From Solirubrobacterales bacterium (GTDB taxonomy: Bacteria; Actinomycetota; Thermoleophilia; Solirubrobacterales; Solirubrobacteraceae), in NCBI GenBank assembly GCA_003165655.1, contig PMOY01000096.1:1-61051 (forward strand): 61,051 nucleotides of DNA. Reading direction: 5' to 3'. This document shows, in pieces, positions 47,495 through 56,386 of the stretch. Positions within the stretch are counted from its first letter, which is position 1. Each line of letters starts with the position of its first letter. The notes under the pieces were generated by a model. It worked only from the letters and a program-made list of their open reading frames with translations. It made no database searches and was not told the origin of the DNA. A program made the translations under genes and the position numbers.

Positions 47495-48712
47495 CTACAG
47501 GTAGACGCTGGCGTCCGGGACCTCGAGAAAGACCTGACCGGTGTCCAGGAACGTCTGCTCGGCGGTGAACAGATGCTGGCTGGCGGCATGCATGTCCCGA
47601 AACGCCCGCTGCAGTCGGTTGCCACGCCGGCCTTCTGCGTCAGTTGAGAAGTTGCGCAGCCCATCACTGCCGGCAGCCAGATATGCGTAGTGCGTGACGC
47701 TGACGCCGACCTGTACCGCGTGCGAGGCGGCGAGGCGGACATCGGCTTTGAGCTTTGGTGGGATGGCGGCCTCGCGGGACGCCTCGAGAAGGCGGTCAAA
47801 GCTCTCCCTGACATACGCCCGTGCCGAGCTGAGGGCGGCGGTCGCTTCGGCGAAGTCGCGCTGGAACGTCGGCTGGTACATGTAGAGGCCACCCGGCACG
47901 CGCTTCTTGCGATGGGAGAGGACCTGGAGCTCATCGAGGCTTCGTTGGGCGACGCCCAACGGAAACGACGCGTGTGACAGCGCAGTCAGAGCCTTGCGGC
48001 CCATGTGGTAAAGCTCTCCGCCGCGCTGCGGGGCCGGATTCTCCATCTCCACCAGATAATCAACGGGCACGACTTGCTCCGGGATCCAGTAATCGTCGCT
48101 TCCGGTTGCTCTCAGCCCCATGACATCCCAGTTGCCGCGCAGCTCAACCAGGTCCCCCGGAACGAGTCCGAAGAGGACCTTCGGGCCGTTCGCGGTGCGG
48201 ACCGGTTCGCCGGCTTCGTGGAGTACGAAGCCGCCGAGCATCCAGCTGGCGTGATGGCTTCCGCTCCCAAATCCGAAGGATCCGGACACCCTGTAGCCGT
48301 CGCCGACGCGCTCTGCCTTGCCGCGGGGCTGAGCCTGGCCGGCGATCAGGAACGTTCCGTTGGCAACGCGATCCGGCGCAAACACTGCGTCAACGGCGTC
48401 GTCGCCGAAGTAGGCGCCAACGATCCCGACGGCGAGCATCACGGCCATCGCCGTCCAGCCGGTCGATCCATCCGTGTACGACAGGCCGCTGATCACGTCG
48501 ATCAGGTCTCGGTGGTTGGCCTCTGCGCCTCCAACGGCCTTGGGGGCCATCAGGAGAAAGACGCCATGCTCCTGCAGCGCATCGATGACACCTGCACCGA
48601 GCTCGCCCCGGAGCTCAGCTTCGTCCGCCGCGACGTCGATGATCGGCGCCAGCTCCGCGAGCCGCTGGCTGAGTTCGGGATGAGAGGTTTGGGCAGCGTC
48701 GGGAATCGTCAT
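47495..48712 (-). CDS. Two-component flavin-dependent monooxygenase, oxygenase subunit (HsaA/ACAD fold)
   Basis: APKAVGG.E, DGSTGW, FGSG..HASW, WDVMGLRATGS, LQRAFRDMH. Confidence 0.88.
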   Translation of the reverse strand: MTIPDAAQTSHPELSQRLAELAPIIDVAADEAELRGELGAGVIDALQEHGVFLLMAPKAVGGAEANHRDLIDVISGLSYTDGSTGWTAMAVMLAVGIVGAYFGDDAVDAVFAPDRVANGTFLIAGQAQPRGKAERVGDGYRVSGSFGFGSGSHHASWMLGGFVLHEAGEPVRTANGPKVLFGLVPGDLVELRGNWDVMGLRATGSDDYWIPEQVVPVDYLVEMENPAPQRGGELYHMGRKALTALSHASFPLGVAQRSLDELQVLSHRKKRVPGGLYMYQPTFQRDFAEATAALSSARAYVRESFDRLLEASREAAIPPKLKADVRLAASHAVQVGVSVTHYAYLAAGSDGLRNFSTDAEGRRGNRLQRAFRDMHAASQHLFTAEQTFLDTGQVFLEVPDASVYL

Positions 48713-49059
48713 AGAGAATACTCTAATAGCAGATCTCGATGGCGTCAACCTGATAGTGTCTGGCCCTGCCACGCCGAACGTACTAATGAGTGCAATGTTT
48801 TTGCGCTAGTGCGACCGATCCATCATGTCGTAGTCTGCGTTCGCTTGGACTCTGTTCCGGGGTCGTGCAGAGCCTCAGCCCGGCTCCTCGAAATCGAGTT
48901 CGACGGGGCCCGTACGACTCGGAGGCCGGTCTTCGCATCTATGTCTACGGGCTGTCTTCGGGGTCCCTGACGTGGACGGGTCATCAGAACGCGCACAGAC
49001 GCTCGGCTAAGACAGGGCCGAACGTCCATCACATAAACAGGATACTGTATTGTCGTGGG

Positions 49060-50094
49060 ATGAACGTCGGCTTGTACTTCGACCTTCGAAATCCGGAGGG
49101 CTGGCGCCGGGACTGGCGGTCGACGTACTCGGACGTGCTCGAGCACTGCCATGAAGTCGAGCGTCTGGGCGGCGACTCTGTGTGGTTCAGTGAGCACCAC
49201 GGCTTTGACGACGGGTACCTCTCACAGCCCCTCACTCTTTGCGCGGCAGTGGCGGCATGTACGACGCGGGTCCGACTTGGAACCGCCGTTCTCCTCGCCC
49301 CCTTCCGATCAGGGCGCGACATCGCGGAGCAGGGAGCGATCATCGATCTGCTGAGCGGCGGGCGTCTGGAGCTCGGGTTGGGCGCCGGCTACCGGAGGAG
49401 CGAGTTCGAAGCCTTCGGCGCCGATTTCACGCGACGCTTCGAGACCACGGAGACGACCGTCACTGAGATCCAACGCATCTGGCGCGATCCGTTTCAGCTG
49501 CCTCGGCCGCAACAGACCGAGCCTCCGCTCTGGCTTGGCTACCAAGGTCCCAAGGGGGCGTTTCGCGCCGGATCTCTGGGGGTCGGCCTGCTTTCGCTGG
49601 ACCCGTCACTGACCGAGCCCTATGAGCGGGGGCGTGAGAGCGCCGGCCGGCAGGCGGGTGCTCGCCGCCGCGCCGGCGTGATCAACGCCTACATCAGCGA
49701 TGATCCGGAGCGCGACTGGCCGGCGGTCAAGAAGCACCTCGCATACCAGGTCGCCTCCTATCTCGAGCATGCCTACCAGGGGACGGGTCGCCCGGTCCCA
49801 GCCTTGGACCCTGATCGATGGCGTGCGCGGGGGCTTGGTGCCGGGATGAACCACTTCCTCCTCGCCACGCCCGCCGACGCCGCTACGCAGCTGACCTCCC
49901 ACCTCAAGGGGATGGATGTCGACACGGTCTTCTTCTGGGCCTCGATCGGAGGAATGCCGGCCGAGATGGTGCAGCGCCAAATCGAACTGGTATGCACGCG
50001 GCTGAGACCGATGCTGGCCGACGCGCTGGTCGCGACGCCGTCCCTAGACCGCCCCGGCGCCGGGCGCTCCGCGCATGACGGCGACTGTCCCTGA
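49060..50094 (+). CDS. LLM-class (luciferase-like) flavin-dependent oxidoreductase
   Basis: GLYFDLRNP, WFSEHHG..DGY, RLGTAVLLAP, DLLSGGRLELGLGAGYR. Confidence 0.92.
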   Translation: MNVGLYFDLRNPEGWRRDWRSTYSDVLEHCHEVERLGGDSVWFSEHHGFDDGYLSQPLTLCAAVAACTTRVRLGTAVLLAPFRSGRDIAEQGAIIDLLSGGRLELGLGAGYRRSEFEAFGADFTRRFETTETTVTEIQRIWRDPFQLPRPQQTEPPLWLGYQGPKGAFRAGSLGVGLLSLDPSLTEPYERGRESAGRQAGARRRAGVINAYISDDPERDWPAVKKHLAYQVASYLEHAYQGTGRPVPALDPDRWRARGLGAGMNHFLLATPADAATQLTSHLKGMDVDTVFFWASIGGMPAEMVQRQIELVCTRLRPMLADALVATPSLDRPGAGRSAHDGDCP

Positions 50095-50220
50095 GATCAC
50101 GAGGCGTGAGTGGTGCCTGCAGGGTCGAACGGCACTCGTCACCGTTCCAAGTCGTCCTCGACCGGTGTACACCTGTATCGGAATCGCCGTCAACGCCATC
50201 GCGCCGGGGCCGGTGGTGCG
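50075..50220 (+). pseudogene. Internally deleted SDR scar
   Basis: M...LQGRTALVT joined within about 12 codons to GIAVNAIAPGPV. Confidence 0.65.
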
Positions 50221-51452
50221 CAGGTCTCGGGAGCCGGCACGGCGATCGCTCCTGAGCGTCTGGACGGGACCATCAGCGTCGCGTCGCCGCGGATGTTCTC
50301 AACGCCGCGTTGATTGACGCCGCTCAGGGCTAGCTCGATGACCGGCCCGGCATCGGGATCGATCCTCTTGCTCTTCACGGTCCCTCGGATCCAGGTGGTG
50401 TCTCCGATGTAGTTAAACCGACGGAATTCGCCGCGCACGCGTAGCACCCATCCGTCATCGCCGACGAAGTTCGTGCAGTAGTGCACGAGCCATGCCCACC
50501 GGACCGGGCCGATGTCGTAGGTGGCCTGAACGCCAATCTGCCGCGCGGCAGCTGTATCCCAGTGGATCCGCATGATCGTGTCCCAGGCGTTGAACTCGTT
50601 GCGGGAGTAGAAGCCCCTGAGCCGCTTTCGGTTCTCGTGAGCCAGCCTGAGAGCCGGGAAGCCGTAGCCATACCAGCCGGCCCCCATGAAGAAGTTGATC
50701 AGGTCGGTGATCGTGAGCGGGCCCTTCACCATTGTCGGAAGCTCCTCGCCCGGGGTGACATCCTCGTAGTAGAGCGTCTGCGAGCCGCGCACGAACTCGG
50801 CGTCATACGCGGCCTCGATCTCCGCGAGCTCGTCATCGGTGTAGGACGCCAGGGCTTCATCGGCGTACTTGCTGTCCGAGGAGGCCGCCCGCCGTTCCAC
50901 ATGGATGTACCACGGCCGACGGACCGCGACCGTGGCTCCGGCGTCGTCGGTCCAGCGAGATTCGTTGGTCACCAGCACGGAGCGTCCGTTGAACTCTGAG
51001 TCCTTGCTCTGCACATCGGCGACCACCGTGCTCCGACGCAGCCGGTCGCCCGCCGACAGGGGCCGCAGGAACCAGCCCTCGTGTCCGGCGTTGAACAGTT
51101 GGACCCCGCGGAGAGCCCGTCCAGTCGCTTCGTGTAACTCTGCGGTGGGCTGTGGTGAGCAATCCTGGCCGAGCGTCCATTCAAACCCCGGCGGTGCGAT
51201 TAGCCCGCCCCAGCGGCTCGCCGAGGCATAGCCCGGGTCGGTAAATAGCGGATTGCCGTCGCCGCAGCCATGGCTGTAGCGGCGGATCGCGTCCTCAGTC
51301 GTGACCTCGTTCCACGGCCAGTCGACGAGCCCCGTTCGGAGCGTCGGGTTCGGAAAGCCGATGCGCGCGCGCATCATGTCAACAGACTCGTTGGTGATCG
51401 TGCCACGGAGAAGCCCGTCCCGTGGAGCGGCTTGACTTCGAGAGTCGGTCAT
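50190..51452 (-). CDS. Double hot-dog (MaoC/FAS1-like) acyl dehydratase
   Basis: IRRY..GCGDGNPLF.D, IAPP, LYYEDV..G, KGP, HWD, GDDG, NQRG. Confidence 0.82.
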   Translation of the reverse strand: MTDSRSQAAPRDGLLRGTITNESVDMMRARIGFPNPTLRTGLVDWPWNEVTTEDAIRRYSHGCGDGNPLFTDPGYASASRWGGLIAPPGFEWTLGQDCSPQPTAELHEATGRALRGVQLFNAGHEGWFLRPLSAGDRLRRSTVVADVQSKDSEFNGRSVLVTNESRWTDDAGATVAVRRPWYIHVERRAASSDSKYADEALASYTDDELAEIEAAYDAEFVRGSQTLYYEDVTPGEELPTMVKGPLTITDLINFFMGAGWYGYGFPALRLAHENRKRLRGFYSRNEFNAWDTIMRIHWDTAAARQIGVQATYDIGPVRWAWLVHYCTNFVGDDGWVLRVRGEFRRFNYIGDTTWIRGTVKSKRIDPDAGPVIELALSGVNQRGVENIRGDATLMVPSRRSGAIAVPAPETCAPPAPARWR

Positions 51453-51516
51453 GGCTGGTGCTGGGTTCGGGCCGCGCGCTGATGTGACGCGCCGGCCCCG
51501 GATCGGGGGTTGCCCA

Positions 51517-52656
51517 TCACGAGTCTTCGGCGAGGGTCCGGTCGGCGAGGAACTGCGCGATCTCCTCGCGGCACGAGTTGGGCGTGCTGAACATAGCTTG
51601 GGAGCTCTTCGCCCGCCGAAAATACAGGTGGGCTGGGTGCTCCCAAGTGAAGCCAATTCCTCCGTGCAGCTGAATCGTGGTCCGGGCGATGTCGAGATAT
51701 GCGTCCGAGCAGTAGGCGTGCGCCAGAAGCCCCGCGACACGCGCCTCCGACGGAGAAGCCTCAGCCAGTGCCCAAGCCGAGTAATCGGCCGCCGAGCGGG
51801 CCGCAGTCGCCAACACAAGCATGTTCGCGCAGTGGTGCTTGACGGCTTGGAAGCTTCCGATCGCGCGTCCAAACTGGATGCGGGTGCGGGCGTACTCGGC
51901 GCTCATCCTCAGGAGCGCGTGACTACCACCGACCTGCTCCGCTGCGAGCATGGTCATCCCGACGGCGAGGACGTCGCGCAGGACGGCGTCTCGGTCCTCG
52001 CCAAGATCGGTTGCGCGCGCATCGGTCAGGGTGACTCGCGCGAAGCGGCGGGTCAGGTCGAGCGTGTGCAGCGGCTCAACCGACATCCCCGCGTCCTCGG
52101 CGTCGACGGCATACCACCGTACCTGACGCCCAACGCGAACGGGGACGATCACGAGGCCGGCGGCTTGGGCCTCCAGCACGTCCCCAAGTTCACCGGAGAG
52201 CCGGGGCGCGCCCCGTCCCGACACACTCAGCTCGAGCGGTCGCCCGCGCGTGACGCCTGCGACGGTGGCGACGGTCGTTCCCTCGAGAATGCCCTCGCCT
52301 CGTTCGCTCCAGAACTCACCGGCGTCGAGCGCACGCAACGCTGGCACGGCCAACAGCGCCGTGGCGAACAGCGGCCCGCCGAGGAGGGCTCCGCCGAACT
52401 CCTCGCAGACCGCAGCGCACGCACGTGGCGTGAGGTCGAGTCCGCCCCAGGGCACGGGGGCGAGCAGGCCCGGAAAACCGAGCTCGGACAGTTGGTGCCA
52501 GACATCGGCGTCGTAACCCAGCTCGGTGGCGATTGCCGCCCGGACATCCGACTCGCGGATACGCGCCGACGCGAGGCGTCGGGCGAGCGACCGCAGCTCC
52601 GCCTCGTCGGGCGCGGGCGTGAAGTCGACCGCTGCCAGAGCTAGCGTCACAGACAT
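51517..52656 (-). CDS. Acyl-CoA dehydrogenase (heteromeric, beta-type)
   Basis: RIQFGRAIGSFQAVKH, IQLHGGIGFTWEHPAHLYFRRA. Confidence 0.92.
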   Translation of the reverse strand: MSVTLALAAVDFTPAPDEAELRSLARRLASARIRESDVRAAIATELGYDADVWHQLSELGFPGLLAPVPWGGLDLTPRACAAVCEEFGGALLGGPLFATALLAVPALRALDAGEFWSERGEGILEGTTVATVAGVTRGRPLELSVSGRGAPRLSGELGDVLEAQAAGLVIVPVRVGRQVRWYAVDAEDAGMSVEPLHTLDLTRRFARVTLTDARATDLGEDRDAVLRDVLAVGMTMLAAEQVGGSHALLRMSAEYARTRIQFGRAIGSFQAVKHHCANMLVLATAARSAADYSAWALAEASPSEARVAGLLAHAYCSDAYLDIARTTIQLHGGIGFTWEHPAHLYFRRAKSSQAMFSTPNSCREEIAQFLADRTLAEDS

Positions 52657-52674
52657 TCAGTATGCTCCACTGTA

Positions 52675-54189
52675 ATGAGTATACTCCATTCTGCGGCTGA
52701 TGATCCTCTCGCTGCCCGACTGGATGCGATCAGCTCTGTCGATCCCGGGGCGCCCGCGCTGCTCTTCGCGGAGCGCTGGTGGACATGGGAAGAGCTTCGG
52801 TCTGTCGGACGTTGGCTCAGGGATGCACTGGCCAGCCAAGGCATGGCCGAGAAGACTGTTGGTCTCGTCGCGCGCAACGACCCGCTGGTCGCCGCTGGGA
52901 TCATGGAGCTTCTCATCTCGCGCCGTCCGATTTGGATTCTCAATCCCCTGAGTGCTGACGCCCAGCTCGCCGACGAGATGCTGCGCGCTCCAACGGGAAG
53001 CTTCGTCGCGCTGGCGCGCGATTGGGCCCGGCCCTCGATGACGGAGGTCCGACCCGGTCTCGGCATGACGATCGAGCTCGACACGAGAGACGTCCGGCTC
53101 GGGGCTGCGCGTCCACCTGAGAGCTCCTCGCCACCGGGTCCGGGAACGGCCGCGGTACTGCAGACGAGCGGGACCACGGGTCCCCCGAAGCGCGTCGAGC
53201 TCGCCGCAGCGCAACTGTGGGCCTCGTTAGGGGGAGTCTCCCCGGATATCCGGGGAGACTCGCAGCAGGAGCTCCGGCTCCGGCGGGGCACGGTCCCCCT
53301 AACCCTGCCCCTGGCGCACGTCGGCGGCCTCTTCGGCCTGCTGTTTCCGTGGGTCAACGGGCGACGGGTAGCGCTGCTCGACAAGTTCGCCCCGCACGCG
53401 TGGGCGAAGATCATTAAAGACCATGAGGTGCTCACGTCCGGGCTTGTCCCAGCGGCGATGCGGATGGTGCTCGATGCGCAGATCCCACCGGCGGATCTCG
53501 CGAGCCTACGGAGCGTCCGCGCCGGCACGGCGCCTGTGGATCCGGAACTGGTCGAGGAGTTCGAGAACCGCTACAGGGTCCCGGTGATCACTGCGTACGG
53601 GGCGACGGAATTCGGTGGCGGCGTGGCTAGCATGACTCTGCAGGATCTCCGCCGATTTGACGGGTCTAAGCGTGGCAGCGTCGGGCGCCCGCATGCCGGA
53701 GTTCAGCTGCGGATCGTCGGCCAGGACGGCGAGGGCCAGCTCCCCCCAGGAGAGGTCGGGCGCCTATACGTCAAGCAGGGCACTGGTGACTGGGTGATGA
53801 CCAACGACTTGGCTCGGCTCGACGAGGATGGGTTTCTGTTCATCGAAGGGCGCGTCGACGACGTCATCAACCGGGGCGGGTTCAAGGTCTCGCTCAGAGA
53901 GATCGAGCAGGAGCTCCGCGCGTTGCCAGATGTGGCCGATGCCGCGGCGATCGGCCTTGCTGACCGGATGCTCGGACAGGTCCCGGCAGCAGCGGTCGTT
54001 CTGCGCGACGGAGCGCGGACGTCTGGCGAAGAGCTGTGCGAGGCACTCAAGGCGACGATGACGCGGTACAAAGTGCCGACCGCCGTCGTCATCGTCGATC
54101 AAATCCCACGCAACGTCTCCATGAAAGTCGACAGCCAGGCGCTAGCCAAACTCCTACGGGATCCGGAGCCCTCGCGTCGAGCTCCGTGA
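52675..54189 (+). CDS. Acyl-CoA synthetase (AMP-binding)
   Basis: TSGTTGPPK, YGATEFGG, TNDLA, NRGGFKV, IPRN.SMK. Confidence 0.9.
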   Translation: MSILHSAADDPLAARLDAISSVDPGAPALLFAERWWTWEELRSVGRWLRDALASQGMAEKTVGLVARNDPLVAAGIMELLISRRPIWILNPLSADAQLADEMLRAPTGSFVALARDWARPSMTEVRPGLGMTIELDTRDVRLGAARPPESSSPPGPGTAAVLQTSGTTGPPKRVELAAAQLWASLGGVSPDIRGDSQQELRLRRGTVPLTLPLAHVGGLFGLLFPWVNGRRVALLDKFAPHAWAKIIKDHEVLTSGLVPAAMRMVLDAQIPPADLASLRSVRAGTAPVDPELVEEFENRYRVPVITAYGATEFGGGVASMTLQDLRRFDGSKRGSVGRPHAGVQLRIVGQDGEGQLPPGEVGRLYVKQGTGDWVMTNDLARLDEDGFLFIEGRVDDVINRGGFKVSLREIEQELRALPDVADAAAIGLADRMLGQVPAAAVVLRDGARTSGEELCEALKATMTRYKVPTAVVIVDQIPRNVSMKVDSQALAKLLRDPEPSRRAP

Positions 54190-54377
54190 CCGCGGCCACT
54201 CGGATCGTTGTGGACGCGAGGTCGAACCTCCATGATGGCGCCGGGTCAACGCGTCGCGTCGGCCCAGGGGTTAGTGGGGACGAAGCCAGCCCCCAGCTTG
54301 TTTAGCGTGGCGCCGACCAGGCTGCTGCGGTCGTGGCTTGCCGGTCCGCAAGCCTGGCGTCGAAGCGACGGCACCGT

Positions 54378-55142
54378 TCAGGAGCCCGCCGTCCACCCGT
54401 AATCGACTGGCAGCGCGACCCCGGTGACAAAGGACGCGCGCTCCGAGCAGAGCCACGCGGCGGCCTCCGCCATCTCGGCCGGCTCGGCCAGCCTGCCTCC
54501 GGGCTGCTGGCGCTCGAGCAGCTCGATGCGCGCTGGATCAAGTCCGCGGACGAGAGGCGTGTTCACGACGCCCGGACAGATGCAGTTGACCCGGATCCCG
54601 TCCTCCAGATACCCGAGCGCCGCCGAGCGCACGAGCCCGATCACCCCGTGCTTGGAAGCGGAGTAACCGGCGGCGACCGGCGCGCCGCGCAGCGCGGCAC
54701 GCGAGGCGGTGCAGACGATCGCTCCGCCGCCGTTCTGGAGCATCTGACGGATCTCGTACTTCAGGCACAGCCAGACACCCTTCAGGTTGACCGCGATCAC
54801 TCGGTCGAAATCGTCCTCCTCGAGCTCGTGCAGGGGGCCGTTGCGGTGACTGATGCCGGCGTTGTTGACGGCGAAGTCGAGGCGCCCATAAGCACCTACA
54901 ACCACGTCGACCAGCGCCTGCACGTCGCTCGCGCGGGAGACGTCGGCGGCGACGGCGGTTGCGGTCCCTCCCGCGGCCTCGATCCGACGCGCCGTCTCCT
55001 GAGCGCCCGGCTCGTCGGTGTCGCACACGAGGACGCCGGCGGCGCCCTCGTGTGCGAACAGCTCCGCACACCCCCGGCCGATGCCCGATCCGGCTCCCGT
55101 GATCAGCCCCACTTTGCCGTTCAACAGCCCGACTGAACCCAC
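54378..55142 (-). CDS. SDR oxidoreductase
   Basis: TGAGSGIG, NNAG, YSASKHG, RVNCICPG. Confidence 0.93.
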   Translation of the reverse strand: MGSVGLLNGKVGLITGAGSGIGRGCAELFAHEGAAGVLVCDTDEPGAQETARRIEAAGGTATAVAADVSRASDVQALVDVVVGAYGRLDFAVNNAGISHRNGPLHELEEDDFDRVIAVNLKGVWLCLKYEIRQMLQNGGGAIVCTASRAALRGAPVAAGYSASKHGVIGLVRSAALGYLEDGIRVNCICPGVVNTPLVRGLDPARIELLERQQPGGRLAEPAEMAEAAAWLCSERASFVTGVALPVDYGWTAGS

Positions 55143-55203
55143 GATGCCTCCCTCGACCAACAGACGATCCGGCCGGCGGGACCGGTGGCCGCGAGCACAG
55201 CTC

Positions 55204-55219
55204 CTTGCGTGCGAGCAAG
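55204..55219. promoter_or_regulatory. Putative operator CTTGC-N6-GCAAG
   Basis: CTTGCgtgcgaGCAAG upstream of the SDR. Confidence 0.7.
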
Positions 55220-55446
55220 GATCGTACCTCACCTAGGCCGCCTCGAGGGCCCTCAGTTCGCCGCTATCTTGCCGACTGCTTGGACGATCTCGGCGAGCAT
55301 CGGCTGTGGCTCGAGACAGCCTGCGCGCCTACCTCCGGAGGTTCCGCCTTTGCGTCCTGGAACGTCATGCATTTCAGGTCGCCGATGTTACTTGGCCGCA
55401 AGCTCCCTGCCGTCCTTGCGCCCCCGGCGACGCTTCGCTAGCCTTC

Positions 55447-55462
55447 CTTGCGCAACAGCAAG
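55447..55462. promoter_or_regulatory. Putative operator CTTGC-N6-GCAAG
   Basis: CTTGCgcaacaGCAAG, 19 bp before cysD; a weaker copy lies at 55387-55402. Confidence 0.7.
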
Positions 55463-55480
55463 CACTCTGGGTCGGTCCCC

Positions 55481-56386
55481 ATGGAATACGACATCTCGCA
55501 TCTCGATCTGCTCGAGTCCGAAGCGGTTCACATCTTTCGGGAGGTGGCGGCGCGCTTCGAGCGTGCCGTGCTGCTGTTCAGCGGGGGGAAGGACTCGATC
55601 GTCCTCGTGCGCCTCGCCCAGAAGGCGTTCCGGCCGGGGCGCTTGCCGTTCCCGCTCATGCACGTCGACACCGGCCACAACTTCCCCGAGGTCATTGCAT
55701 TTCGCGATCGTCTCGTCGCGCAGCTCGGCGAGCGGCTGTTGATCGCCTCGGTGCAGGACTCGATCGACCGCGGCCGCGTCGTCGATGAGACAGGCTCGCG
55801 CGCATCGCGCAACCGACTTCAGTCCGTGACCCTGCTCGACGCGATCGCCGAGCACCGGTTCGATGCCGCATTCGGCGGCGCTCGACGGGACGAGGAGCGG
55901 GCCCGGGCGAAGGAGCGGATCTTCTCCTTCCGTGACGACTTCGGCAGCTGGGACCCCAAGAACCAGCGACCTGAGGTCTGGAACCTGTACAACAGCCGGA
56001 TCCGCCAGGGCGAGCACGTCCGGGTCTTCCCGATCTCCAACTGGACCGAGCTCGACGTCTGGCAGTACATCGACCGTGAGGGCCTGGAGCTTCCGTCGAT
56101 CTACTTCGCTCATGAGCGTGAAGTCTTCCGCCGCGACGGAATGCTTTACGCGACCTCTGACTTCGTCGAGCGCCTCCCCGACGAGAGCTCGTTCCGAGAG
56201 TGGGTCCGCTATCGGACGGTGGGCGACATGAGCTGCACCGGCGCCGTTCGATCGCGGGCGACGGCTCTTGCGGATGTCGTGAGGGAGATCGCCGCGACGC
56301 GCATCACCGAACGCGGCGAGACACGCGCTGACGACCGGGCGAGCGAGGCCGCCATGGAGGATCGCAAGCGGGAAGGCTATTTCTGA
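55481..56386 (+). CDS. cysD: Sulfate adenylyltransferase subunit 2
   Basis: LESEAVHIFREV, FSGGKDS, HVDTGHNF, GGARRDEE..RAKER, MEDRKREGYF. Confidence 0.96.
   Translation: MEYDISHLDLLESEAVHIFREVAARFERAVLLFSGGKDSIVLVRLAQKAFRPGRLPFPLMHVDTGHNFPEVIAFRDRLVAQLGERLLIASVQDSIDRGRVVDETGSRASRNRLQSVTLLDAIAEHRFDAAFGGARRDEERARAKERIFSFRDDFGSWDPKNQRPEVWNLYNSRIRQGEHVRVFPISNWTELDVWQYIDREGLELPSIYFAHEREVFRRDGMLYATSDFVERLPDESSFREWVRYRTVGDMSCTGAVRSRATALADVVREIAATRITERGETRADDRASEAAMEDRKREGYF

Noticed and set aside
13484-50094. Bioluminescence operon (LuxC/E + luciferase-like genes + flavin reductase)
   Set aside because: There is no luxD and no adjacent luxA/luxB pair. The LLMs are generic, distant and surrounded by catabolic genes.
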